A program made the position numbers and the translations under genes. A DNA stretch of 64,000 nucleotides from Phoronis australis (Eukaryota > Animalia > Phoronida), in the NCBI GenBank assembly GCA_002633005.1, contig NMRA01000229.1, positions 169,371-233,370 on the forward strand. The letters are read 5' to 3'. This document shows positions 14,151 through 26,600 of this stretch, piece after piece (within the stretch, counting starts at the first letter, position 1; each line of letters begins with the position of its first letter). The notes beneath the pieces are model-generated. The model searched no databases. It worked only from the letters and a program-made list of their open reading frames with translations, and was not told the DNA's origin.

Positions 14151-16640
14151 CAGGTTTACTGTCTCAATATCGTATGGCGGAAGGTGTTGCTTGAAGATCT
14201 CTGCAGCTAGATCACGTATGGCATTCACAATCAGTGATTTCTAGGTTCGATCCTCGGTCAGGAGAGATATTTTCTCTGTTTCAAATCTGTCAGTAAGTAA
14301 CTGTAAATAAGAGAAATTGATGACTGTTCTATCATTTGTTGTTTACAAAACTTTACTAGGTTTTAGTGTATCTGTCTATGTCGAGGACAAAATACAGGTA
14401 GCTTTCGAATCGCTTTTAACATGCTATGAATACGTGATCTTAAACAAAAATGAACTGGTTTCATTGTCGCTTTCGTAAGCAAAGCAGGGCACAGGGCTTT
14501 GCTTGCAATCACGTCTTTATATATCGTCTTCAGTACCAGGGTTGGTTTGAGGGTGGATACTTACTATTCATAACTTTCACGAAATCTTTACACTCCGCGC
14601 TGCTAACATTAGCGTTGTGATGTTAAGCGTCTTCTCACGGCTAGAATTCTTATGAAACTCACCAACATACAATAACTACAACCGTTGAAATCAAATGTAC
14701 CACGAAACATGAACATTGCCTGTCTAAGAATAAACATTCAAATGGGCACATTTAATGCGAAATGACAATTACTTAAGTAAGAGAAATAATGACCGTATAT
14801 GAGAAAAAGTCTCGAGCAGCACGCTGTTAATGAACGTTCCCATCATGGAAACTACAAACACTTTCAAAAATGTGATTTCATCCGTCGATAAATTCTTCAG
14901 TCATGCGCTTTGCGATTTAGAACATTACCCAGCTCACCAGGGACCTGTTACATGAAAATGACTAATGCTTAAGCCGGAAGTTTGGTATACGCCCCCACTT
15001 CATAGCTACAGTAGTTACTGAAAACAGGTTTTGCGAAGTAATTACAAAGCATCACTGTCTAAAAGTTAGTCATAGTAATCATACCAGTTATTAGCAGTTC
15101 TGTGCATATTCTCAGAGACTTCGGAGTTTTGCACAGGTAAAATTTCACTATTTTTCTGAAATACTTGTGTAGAGAGCTATACAAAATTGGTTTCTACCTT
15201 ATGTCTTAGTCATATTTCACGAAACAAACCCCTGATAGTGAATTATTGTTGAATGGACCGAAACTCAACTTACAGGTAAAGTGTAGGCTACTTGCGACAT
15301 TTTCTGAATTGCAGTTTTCCAATTGACCAACCGCCAATTGATTCCGGCACTCAGAGGATTCGTTGTAGCGACTTGTTGGCAATGGAGGTCAAGTCGTTAT
15401 AAACCAGTGAGTGGTTTAACTCGTCTTGTGTCTGTTGGCAGCTAAACTGCGAAATGCAGTATCAATCAAAATTTTACTTCCCTGCTCACATTCTACAATT
15501 AGGCAGCGAAGAACTGAGACAACATAACTTGTTGTTAAAAAAGCGAAATGCAGACCAATTGTTGTACGCTTTCGTGTTCTTTTGACACGCATGGAATGCG
15601 ACGAGCCACTCACCTTCGCCCCCACCCTTCAAAATGGAGCTAATCGATTTTGGCAGTTGATTCTTGACGAGGAGATATCCCATCTACGCGCTGATTGGCC
15701 ATAAAGAACGTTCACTGACAAGAAAGACTCAATAAACTATTCAAGACAGTTGAAATGCCAAAACGGAATAAATTCAATAGAGATTCCGATACTCCCAAGA
15801 TCACGATAATATTAATACCAACATAATGAAAATTAAATTACAACGAAAAAAGGCACCCGCAAAATGCGAGAAGTAAAATGAATGAGTGAACTCAAATTAA
15901 AAAAACCCGACTAGCTTGTATACATGTAATATGTTGCAATTGAATGGAATCATCAAATGTGATCCACTAATTCGCCACCAGGTTGGTCCGTATGACCAAT
16001 CTGGACTAACTTGGGCTGATAGACGACCCTGGGCTGCAAAGACAGTTTCACGATACCCAGCACTAGAACGAAACACCCGATGAGGTCAACGCCTCGATTC
16101 AGTTAAATCTCAGCTGAATATATTCTTGTATGTGATTGGATAAACGAACACAAAGTGACAGAAATTCACCTTCATATCCGTTCACAAATACTTTTATACA
16201 ACGAAAAAAGTTGTTGCACCACCTAATCTGACTTTGGTACCTTGGTTCCAATGCGCAACAAGTATTGGACCCTACATTATTAAGTTAGAACAGACTCGGA
16301 CATCATTGAACGGTCGACGTAAGCCTACACATGTATTAGTGGGTTAGCGTTGTCTTTGTCAGCGACCGAAGAATTGATTTCTTGCAACAGTCTGAATCCC
16401 CAGGACGTTTTTTGATAAAGCGGCTTTAAATGGTGGCAGTTTTGGTGAAATATGATCAAAACACGCACAATGTAGTATACAATCTGTTGCTATAGTACAT
16501 GTACGCTTGCAAACGATTTTCGTCACATTGTGTCACAACTAACTTTGTAGCTATCCCGTTGCAACAAGTTACTGGGTGAGCAACTGTGATGAATAGACGA
16601 AAACCTCAAAAAGGTACAGAAATAATAAGTACATAAGACA

Positions 16641-16701
16641 CCATCAATTAAAACCCCGGCAAACCTGCGATCGGGAACGACCGGAAAGCGATCGAGAACG
16701 A
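16641..16701 (+). repeat. Left arm of an inverted repeat flanking the P-like transposase region
   Basis: CCATCAATT-ACCCCGGCAAACCTGCGATCGGGAACGACCGGAAAGCGATCGAGAACGA matches the reverse complement of 20855-20913. Confidence 0.75.
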
Positions 16702-17069
16702 GACTTTGCAACAAAAATGGCAGACGACAGTGTAGGCAATGACCATCGCCTCTGTTGGCCCGAACCAGAGGCGATACAGCTCCTATAGGCGCTCTGTACG
16801 CCGGAAGCTTTTCGGCGAATTATGCCTCGCACCGACTAAACCATCAAAGTCACGATGTTACAAATACCTTTTGCGCATAGAGGAACACCTTAGGAGGTTG
16901 TCGATGTGTTTAATTCCTTCCAACTCGAACAAATACTCCCGTTATGAAACTTTTTCTTCGAGCAGTCCCTATTTCAGTTCCCAAAATCGTGAACTCAACA
17001 TTTTTATACTGCGCACGCTCCAATTCATGACCTCAATCTTTAAATAGGCCAAAGGTGAGCCATTGCGGT

Positions 17070-17693
17070 NNNNNNNNNNNNNNNNNNNNNNNNNNNNNNN
17101 NNNNNNNNNNNNNNNNNNNNNNNNNNNNNNNNNNNNNNNNNNNNNNNNNNNNNNNNNNNNNNNNNNNNNNNNNNNNNNNNNNNNNNNNNNNNNNNNNNNN
17201 NNNNNNNNNNNNNNNNNNNNNNNNNNNNNNNNNNNNNNNNNNNNNNNNNNNNNNNNNNNNNNNNNNNNNNNNNNNNNNNNNNNNNNNNNNNNNNNNNNNN
17301 NNNNNNNNNNNNNNNNNNNNNNNNNNNNNNNNNNNNNNNNNNNNNNNNNNNNNNNNNNNNNNNNNNNNNNNNNNNNNNNNNNNNNNNNNNNNNNNNNNNN
17401 NNNNNNNNNNNNNNNNNNNNNNNNNNNNNNNNNNNNNNNNNNNNNNNNNNNNNNNNNNNNNNNNNNNNNNNNNNNNNNNNNNNNNNNNNNNNNNNNNNNN
17501 NNNNNNNNNNNNNNNNNNNNNNNNNNNNNNNNNNNNNNNNNNNNNNNNNNNNNNNNNNNNNNNNNNNNNNNNNNNNNNNNNNNNNNNNNNNNNNNNNNNN
17601 NNNNNNNNNNNNNNNNNNNNNNNNNNNNNNNNNNNNNNNNNNNNNNNNNNNNNNNNNNNNNNNNNNNNNNNNNNNNNNNNNNNNNNNNNNNNN
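17070..17693. other. Assembly gap (N run)
   Basis: Run of N; the poly-X ORFs spanning it are artefacts. Confidence 0.99.
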
Positions 17694-17959
17694 TTTAAAT
17701 GAACGCGCCACTCACGATTCGCACCCGAAGAACCACCGCCATTTTGAACTTGCCGCGAACCCGGAAGTACAATTCATTCAGGAACCCAGGCCGAGAAAAC
17801 GCCGTCAGTGCGACTGGAGCAGTGCCTGTACTGTTACCAGCCAGCAATCGGGGATAAAATAATCGACAGCGCGTCTTAATTTTGATAAAATCAAACTACG
17901 GACAATTTTATGGAATTTGCTGAAGAAATGTGGCGAATAAGTTTTGACAGAAATTATTT

Positions 17960-20410
17960 TGCTAGACTCGGCACCGCAACTGATGTCATCATATGAGGAA
18001 TGGAGTCTGGTTTTGGTCTCCCTTGTCCAGTGGAGTCCATATCTCGGAATGTTGAAAAGAAGTTTTCCACCTGCTGAGAACCTATTGCACGAACATTTTA
18101 TGTTTGATTTCTACAGAAAGGGAAAGATTGTATTTTCCTTTCCAAGTGCACCAACAATGCCTCGAAAGTCTGTATCGGTATGCCTCTGATATATCGAGTT
18201 TGTGGCGGAAAATTGTTCACTGCAAATTCTTCTAAAAGCCATTCTCTAAGGCGAAGCCTTCGGATGCATCTTTCAGCAACAGGTATGGCAGGCTCATCCT
18301 CGGCATCAAAACAGTTTCCTATTTACTCACGAACTTCTTTCTCGTTAACATATTCGTCAAGTATATTGTCTTTAACATCCTTGGAAAACACACGTCTTGC
18401 TAAAGCTACATCTTACTTGTCAACGCAATCCTCATTCACAGCAATATTGAGATGGGTTTGGCGAGATAGTGCAACATCTTCCCACGCTTTTAGCTTTAAA
18501 CCAGCAATTCCAGTTGTACAGAGTTTTGTCCTAATACAAGTCAAGATGTGGTAGGCGTCGGTAAAGTGGAACCTGTTGTTGCTGGTCAGTATTTGGATGA
18601 GAAAACCAATTCTTCATACTATTTTCACAATCAAGAAAACACGAAGTGTGGTACAATGGCCAGATTCAATCAACTATTGTAAAGCTTTATCCCATGTGTT
18701 TTCTGCGAGAATCTTAGCGAGTTCTTGTTTTCATGCACGTTCTAAAACAGAACAACACATTTTTAAGTTCGCAAACACTTCGATTGCGCTGATAATCTTT
18801 CCTATTAGGGGATTTACCCCCAAAGTTCAATGTAGACATGAACAACTGAACTAGCTCCATTTCTGAGTGTTTAATGTCGAAACAAACAGCGTGTTTCACA
18901 CGTAACACTTGCAGACACATTTGGAGTTCAAACTTGTGGAATGCCTTATTGCAAGTGGTCTTACATGCAAAAAGTCTTTTGAAAATCTTCAACAGCTTTT
19001 TGTGACCATTTATGAATTTTTTTAGCCATTTCATTTGCTTTCAAAGCATTCAGCATGGATTCAGACGTTGCAGTGTCCGTAGTGTAACGATCTCCATTTC
19101 CATTCTCTTCACTTTCAAGTACATGTTCTGTGTCCACACATTTGTTGTCATCATTGGCATGTTCTGTGTAGTTGAGATTTTCTTCTCCCAATTCCATGTG
19201 GTCATCATCTGTTCTCAAAGGTATTTTATCAACACTCGTATCGATCACAGTTTGTTCGTAGTTGTTGTCATGGCCATTACTGTAGATGGCCTCAAAAGCC
19301 CCAGAGAGACCGTCAGATGTTAGGCCAAAACTTCGTGTAGCACCTGGTTCGTCTTGGAACAACCATGGTTCGACAAAATAGTCCTGTTCAAGAAACTCAT
19401 GCCAAGTCTGCACGTTATTTGGTACTGAGCTTACGATTACATTTTCAGCAATATTTAGAGTTTCGAGAGAGGTGTTTCAAAGTGTTCATCCTCAAGAAGT
19501 GCGAGACATGTTTCTTTTACAGATAACAGCTGAGATTCAGCTCCATCGTATCTGTTCTGGCAGGTAGCATCATTGGTTGCATTTCTCTTGGATTTTGAGT
19601 GCTCTGCGTTTAGATACCCAGTCAGCGGTGAATCTGTCTTGTGCCAGACAGTCACGGAACCATTGACATTGTACTCTATATGGACATCTCCGGGAAAACT
19701 CTCTACTCTTGGTTTAGATTTTATTTGGGATATAATTGTTTTTATATCTTGTGACATCACACTTGATCAGTGATCTTTCTGTAATTGTAAGGCAGTCAAT
19801 GGTTTGTTGACATCACCGCGAACTCCGTACTTATGCCATTGTCCATCACTAGACGTGGCCAGCACGTTTAGACACCTCGCTTCGCATTCAGAGATAACGT
19901 GTTTCGATCATCATACTTCTAAAGGTGGCATTATTCATGCTTGTCCCCTTCATTGCATACACTATAGGGTGGGCAACATTTATTTCGGCAAGGTAAGCCC
20001 GGTCTAAATCGTTCACCGTATATACCAGAAACTCGAATGCAGTTGTCCTATTCAATGGAGAAGCCCGATTAATCCAGTTTTTCGTCGACACAAGGCAGTT
20101 CTGTAAGTCTCTAGCTGTAGAAATTGGCTTGGCCTCATTTGAACTCCGTGACAATATATAAGCGTCATCGCTTTGGACGTCTGACGATGGTGATCTCACA
20201 CACGACATAAACTTACCGAGAAAGAGGATGTTGTTCTCCATAATTCAGTGATTTGTTGGTGGATGAGCTTTCGATTAGGTCTGAACTTGGTAGGTAGCTT
20301 TGGATTTGAACTGCCATACACTCCTGTCATTTCCTCCCCGCACATTCCCCATTGGTGATGGTCGAAATATGGAAATATGTGCTGTGCTATGCTATGACAT
20401 TTAAGGAACA
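17960..20410 (-). pseudogene. Decayed P-element-superfamily (THAP9/P-like) DDE transposase
   Basis: Manual translation across stops and frameshifts gives, in order: TAFEFLVYTVNDLDR..AHPIVYA, LATSSDGQW (19836-19853), FTDAYHILTCIRT (DxxH, 18548-18559), DK*DVALARRVFSKDV and NVRAIGSQQVENFFSTFR (ENFFS 18053-18067). These match the P-transposase motifs CDG, DxxHLxKxxRN, VxxAxxxFS and QDxLENxFS. Confidence 0.75.
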
Positions 20411-20854
20411 CAGTAATGACGCAAAATAGTAATTAATTGCACCACACAAATTTGCGTTCCAGATCGCTTATCACTGCGTTCTCGATCGCTTCAGTCTTTC
20501 AACAGAAAAGGGTTCACAAATCAGAGATCCTGACAATGCTACGGAAAACAAACGTTGGGTTATATTTTCATGTACGTCATTTCTTCAAAACTTTATGATT
20601 AATATATTGATATAGAACCAAAAATAAGCAAAGTTTGCAAAAATGACATACAAATCACCTTTGGCTCAAGCGATGCATCGCTTAACGTAACTTTTCTCCA
20701 ATAATTGGACGAGACACTAGCCTAAACTTCTATCTGTCCTTCCTAACTGTGCTACGCCTTGAACTCATGTCCTTGTTTCCGTATTGAAACTAAAAACAAC
20801 CAAAAATTCATCAAATTTACTTACATTTTCTGGCTTCGCTTCTCGCGCCAAATT

Positions 20855-20913
20855 TCGTTCTCGATCGCCTTCCGGTCGATCTCGATCGCGGGTTGGCCGG
20901 GGTGAATTAATGG
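20855..20913 (-). repeat. Right arm of the inverted repeat flanking the P-like transposase region
   Basis: TCGTTCTCGATCGCCTTCCGGTCGATCTCGATCGCGGGTTGGCCGGGGTGAATTAATGG is the inverted counterpart of 16641-16701. Confidence 0.75.
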
Positions 20914-22384
20914 ATTCATGAAATGAGCCGAAATTATTGTACCCATGAAATGTGAAGAATGGAGGAAAATAAGACGATATCACAAAACAACCGAAATATA
21001 AGAGTTAATAAATGTGAGAAATAGAGAGAATTAATGAATAGAAAAATTGTGATGAGGTTACAAAATCTTAAGGACTAATCAGTCTCTAAAATGCTACAAA
21101 TTAATGAATCTGTCAAACGTGACGAATGATTCAGTGACGAGTTCATAAATCCGTAAAATGCGAACCCATGAAATGCGACATGTTAATGAATCGAAGAAAT
21201 GAATCTTAGGAGTGGGATGAATTAACGAGTGAGTGAAACGCAACAAATTATCGAATAAGTAAAATTCTTATTTTTCTCTAGATGTTGTTTCGTCATCGTT
21301 GAAACAGTGAGCCAGATTGTAAAGAGGTGCGCCAGTTTGGTGTACACAAATTCCACATTGGTTCCGCAGTTGCGCAGTGCACGTGCGTTCGTCTATGCTT
21401 TGCTTCACGCCAAATGATCGGACCCAATAACTAAATAGCTCAGGCTATTTGTCATACACTGTGCGATCTTAACAAAAGGTGCATGTAGGTTTCCTCCTCA
21501 ACGCCTTAATGGACTGAGAGCAGGTTTTGAGTTCGTTAAACGCGAGAACCTCATGAAAACACAAGGTCAGGTATGACGAATTACAAACGCAGCTCGTGGT
21601 CACGTTGGCTTCCTTCGCGAGATTGTTGAGCACTCGGAAATCAAACCTGAGGGTAGATGACCAGTATGCAAGCGTTTTTGTTTCAACTGGCATCTAATGA
21701 ATATAGAGTTTAACATTCCAATGGTAAACTTAAAAAACATTGCCACACAGTACTGTAATGGAAACCGTTCGTGCTTGGCTGTAATTCGCATTCCACGAAT
21801 TTTCATTTCGTCAGAAAATGTATTTCCACTTTTAGCCATTTCTGAATAACCACTAGTCAAGCACTACTGCCACGGCATGCCCGCGCCCAGATTAAAAATA
21901 GGGTGCTCGAATTTTTGAGAGTTTGGACCTTTTCTAAGATTCACGGGGTACGTTCAGAGCTATGAGTTGTGCATTCGCCAAATATTGGTCACCAAGCATA
22001 CCGAGAATTTCCAAAAATTGACCCATGGGCAGATATTCGGATACAACCGTTCGAATTCGTCAAATAAAACCGAATGTACACCCGGGTGTATTTTAGGAAA
22101 ACTTGGCATTCTTGAAGACTTGGCCAAGCTTTCCACACTATTCTAGTACACAGTTGTATCGCCCTGCATCACATCGTTTTTATTGTTATAGTTACTAAGG
22201 TTCAAATTACCGGATTCATGCAGACACTCTCGTAATCAAGCCGTGACCTTAGACCTACTACAATCACCGCTAATTGTGTGGAATGGAACGTACATGTAGG
22301 CACACGACAGTTACCCCAACTACGTGACCCATGCTTAATAAATATTTAAGTTGGCACCGTTAACCGTGACTGCCACAGTATGCA

Positions 22385-22461
22385 ATGATGATGATGATGA
22401 TGATAATAATAATACTGATAATAATAATAATGATAATGATAATGACAACGACAACGACAGC

Positions 22462-22494
<33 letters not shown>

Positions 22495-22510
22495 AATAAT
22501 AATAACAATA
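22385..22510. repeat. Compound trinucleotide microsatellite (ATG/ATA/ACA)n, likely a LINE 3' tail
   Basis: Directly visible; abuts a minus-strand AATAAA and the LINE fragment. Confidence 0.9.
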
Positions 22511-23100
22511 AACTTTATTTATAGATGATAAAATACAAATAACATTAAAAAACATAGTTTAGCCAAAGGCTTATAAACAACATGGTCCTCTCACGGCAAT
22601 AAATTAAATTAAATTAAGTTACATTAAATTAAATAAATATTTGCAAATTAAATTTATATATTAAATTAGAAGCAAATTAAAACTTTTATATGGTATATAC
22701 AATGAATTTTAGAGAGGACAAGTAACTAAACACGAAAGGAGGGACAGCTATGATGACCACATCCACACGTAACTGATGAGTTTGTGTCTGAAGTCATCAT
22801 AACCCTCAGCCCCCTTTAGGCTGTTTGGCAAGTCGTTCCATTGTCCAATGGCTTGAATAAAACTGGACCTAGAGTAAAACGAAATTCTGTGTTTAGGGAC
22901 AACAATTTTTTGGTTTTTTTTTGTGACGAAACACATCTGGTCCTGATTTAATGGCTGTTTCGAACGAGTAATAAATTACGAGAAAAATAAGCTGGTGCAT
23001 TATTGCGAAAACACATGCACCATACACAAACGCCTATATGTAACAGGTAGCCATCCCAGTCCGTATACAAGTCCAAAACACACACTACAAAACTTGGCCA
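22511..23100 (-). mobile_element. 5'-truncated LINE (CR1/L2/Jockey-like) 3' end
   Basis: SSFIQAIGQWNDLPNSLKGAEGYDDFRHKL matches the typical C-terminal F..AI..WN.LP....FK..L motif of LINE ORF2, followed by a 3' UTR, AATAAA and a microsatellite tail. Confidence 0.7.
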
Positions 23101-23464
23101 ACCAGGTCCTCACCAGGGGCGTGTCTACAATGCATGACTAAATCACCTTAATGTTTTGAGTGTGTATCGTCTTGATTAAATTGTTGTGGAACACAAAATG
23201 GCTCTCAACCGTATAATATTTTGAAAAACTTTTATCAGGTGTCCATACAACTATTTCTGAAAAATGCTTAAATCTCAATTGAGCAAATACCTGAAACTGC
23301 TAGATTCTGGGATTGACCTATCGCAAGCTCCGCCCCTTTACGAAAAGTCGACAAAAAATAAGTTTTACCCGACAACGTCGTGTTGTTTGTCGAGTAAAGT
23401 GGAAACGAAGGTGTGTCAAGAATGCTGCTTTCTGATTGGTTAGTTAAGCCATCAATCAAAATCC

Positions 23465-23605
23465 TGTCCTGCGTTCAGTAACGATAGGAACTACGCTAGG
23501 ACCTAGCCAAAATCACGTGTTCTCATTTAAAATACACAGCAACATCTCGCGTAATCTCCCAAAGTTTTGCTTTTTAGCGAGGTCCTAGCGTTACTGAACA
23601 GGAGG
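23465..23605 (-). mobile_element. Small palindromic MITE, copy 2 (inverted relative to 14009-14150)
   Basis: GCTTTTTAGCGAGGTCCTAGCGTTACTGAAC is the reverse complement of the start of copy 1; the internal CACGTGTTCTC and GTAATCTC also match. Confidence 0.7.
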
Positions 23606-26600
23606 ATGGCGTTACACTGTAGGTCAAATAGATTTTTTTCTTACGTTTTCAGTCACTTTTAACGAAGAAAATACCAGCTTTTGCAGCTATCATTAACACA
23701 GCGACGTGCAATTTGTGAAAAAATAACAAAGATAAAAGATCTATGCCCATACCAAACACGTAGAAGATGTAAGTGTAATTGTCGGATATATTGACTAATT
23801 AGGCCGAGAAATCGCTGATTGTATGGAACAGTTCCTTGAGGAATCTCGCTTGGTGAACAATAATAACAAAATCAAAATGAAGCAATGGAATTACATTTGT
23901 AAGCTTGATTTGATAACTACAAAACCTAGTCTAGCAGGAAGCCGGAAATTTTCAGTGCAAACTCTCGCGGCTAGTCTCGTGGTCGCAAGAAATGCATAGG
24001 TCACGTGCGGGAGTGCCATCCCAGGGCTAGAGTATGCTTGATATAGACAACCTATTAGATTAGCGGCACTTGACGCCACGAACAGACAGCAACTTGTATT
24101 ACTCAAAATGTTTCTGTGGCGGCTCCGCAACAGTCACTACAATCCCTTTTAAAATTACCCGAAGGCCTTGTGTTAGCCAAAGAGTAGCACGAATTTATCA
24201 AGACAACTCACGCATGTGATTGTTAAGCCCGATGTTAGCAGCTTATCCGATATCAGGGCCAGCTCAGACGAAGGGTTACGAGATCAGCTGTCCGCATCTT
24301 GTGAGCGATAGCTGAGCTAAGGAGGTACAAAAACGGTCCCACTGGGCTTTTTCCAGCAAGAAACACATCACTGGAATCGCCACCATTTCATCACTCTATT
24401 GAAAATCGTATGCAAAAATTGACATATTTTCAGTCATTTCACATCAGAAGCCCTTAAAATGTATTTTTGTCCCTTTCTCTCCTACAGAAAAGCAAGGTAG
24501 GCTAAGAAACAAGGGTAAAAAGCACAAAATCGACACTTTTCACTACAAAACCACCACTTCATTGCCGATGCACGACATAAGCCAACATTGGATCCTGAAA
24601 GCAAATTTCCAAAAATGTGGCCCAAAATACTGTGAATCAATAATTCGCTTTCCAATTCTGCCTTGTTTGATGTCCACCCTAAGTCGCGGCCAATATCTCG
24701 GTCGCTACCCAGCAATGTACAAATGCAACAGGATCCTGCATTTTGAAGAAGAGTGCAGCAACGGCCGAGCAAAGTGGTCTTTTCTCAATCTCATCATGTT
24801 CGCAACTACAAACAAACCACATTCATTGAGCTTACAATACATACATGTAATTATGCAATGTCTACACGTAACTAAGAATGCCTTCTCTCCGCCAGTTTCT
24901 ATTGAATGCCTATTGCACTATTTCTTTGTATTAATATGAACGCGACAGAAGCGATGCGTTTTTATATAGTAATTGTGTGGCGTGTTAAACAATTGGGGAC
25001 TACGGGGAAAACAGTCTTGTTGATTGTGGAACAAATATAATGTAGCCGTACAGGTAAAAACCCGGCAGTTAAATAATTCAGTTCATATTTAAGCGGATAT
25101 TAAAATACTATAATACTTTACGATCCGTGGGTTGAAAAGCGATAACACTTAATTCTCCTTTAAAAAAGCTACGCAAGACCAACTTAAGCACCGGCGTAAC
25201 ACGATATAAACGTTTTAGACTAAATTAGGCTAACATCATGCCTATAGTTTCCGGTGAATAAAACTTCCATTTTCCAAGAAGATTTTGAAGGTGTGAATGA
25301 CGTTACACGTGACGTGTCGGTAGTGTGAATTTTGGCCGACTAGAGAGCGGAAAACTCTAGTTCCAGAGATCAGAGAGGCTTTTCCACTCTAGTACCCTTC
25401 AATGCCTTCATTTGTTGGCAAAATATTGATTGATCGAAACTCCGCTCCGCTACGAGTGGTGCGCTTGTCGCCTATAAGTGGGTGAATAGATCTGTTAATT
25501 TATTTGAAAGCACGACTGATTCTACGGACGCACGGCAAACTGGAAAACTTCATGAACACTCGCTACTAAGATGAAAGGTGTGGTTTAAAAGATTACCGGA
25601 AAGAGAGGGATTAGTTAGAGAATTTGTACTACAGAAAAAAAGAACGAGCCTGCCAAAGAAAAGTGTACAGTAAGCAAACTTTGTACCTTGGCTAGTGATT
25701 TTAAAAATATACAGTAGCAAGTTTGGTACAAGTAGTGTAGACATTTTTTTTCTAGTGGTAAGGGGGAAAGACGATGAGTTTCTGTTTTGAAGAATCTTCA
25801 GTGAAGTTTAGCACATTGAAATGTGGAATGTTCGGTTTGAAAAATGTTTAACTGTTAAGGGTGACTAAAAACGCTGGTTTTAACACTGAGTCTCCTTTGC
25901 ATTTCCCCCAAAATAGTCAGTTTCGTGAATTTTGAAACTGTAATTCGGAAAAACACTCTACGCTCAATTTGGGCGAAAGCAACAATACACCTCAATGTAA
26001 TACTCTCATCCTGTGACGAAATAACACCTTCCACTCTGCCGCCAAAGGTACTTTTTATTCTTCATATGTATTTCCCTTTTTTGCACAATTGGTCTCCATG
26101 AACACCATCAAGCGCTGCGCGGCTAATGCCCTCGCATCGTTTAGGTATTGACTTTGGGGAAGATGGAAGCAATTAAAAAAACACAGTACCAGTGAGGAAA
26201 GGAATCAATTCCCTTTGCAGACCTGTTGGGGAGTCTCAGGTGTTGCACCACAAGATGGACTTCGACCATTGTGAAAAGTGCAATGTGTATGAGGGTAGAA
26301 TATCTACTTCAAGCACACGAACATCGATTTTGTCTAAATCAGTCATTCGTTTCGTTGGTTGCAAGCAGAAGATCTTCACAAGCAATCCCGAGAGTGAAGA
26401 ATTTTCCATTGTTATTTCAAGTACAGTAAAATCGAAAGAAATTGTCTTGATGGCGAAATAGCATAACAGCCTCGCAACGATTGCAATGTCGATACAACGT
26501 TCCTGAAACAAGTTTCAGTTAGTACCATCCTTAGGTGGTGCGTTGTATTGAGGATTTGGAATTTCACTCGATCTGTCCTGATTGTTGGCGACATTATAAT

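Noticed and set aside
14170-14300. tRNA genes suggested by B-box GGTTCGA(T/A)(C/T)C motifs (also near 51805 and 57466)
   Set aside because: No cloverleaf or clear A-box; at most decayed tRNA-derived SINEs.
17040-17711. Long ORFs of more than 200 aa
   Set aside because: Translation through the N gap.
22346-22555. Cys/His/Tyr-rich ORF
   Set aside because: Translation of a microsatellite.
26221-26461. Acceptor-led ORFs with CC (SLRCCTTRW...) as a further orexin paralogue
   Set aside because: No signal peptide, no CxC, no G-basic amidation site and no linking exons.
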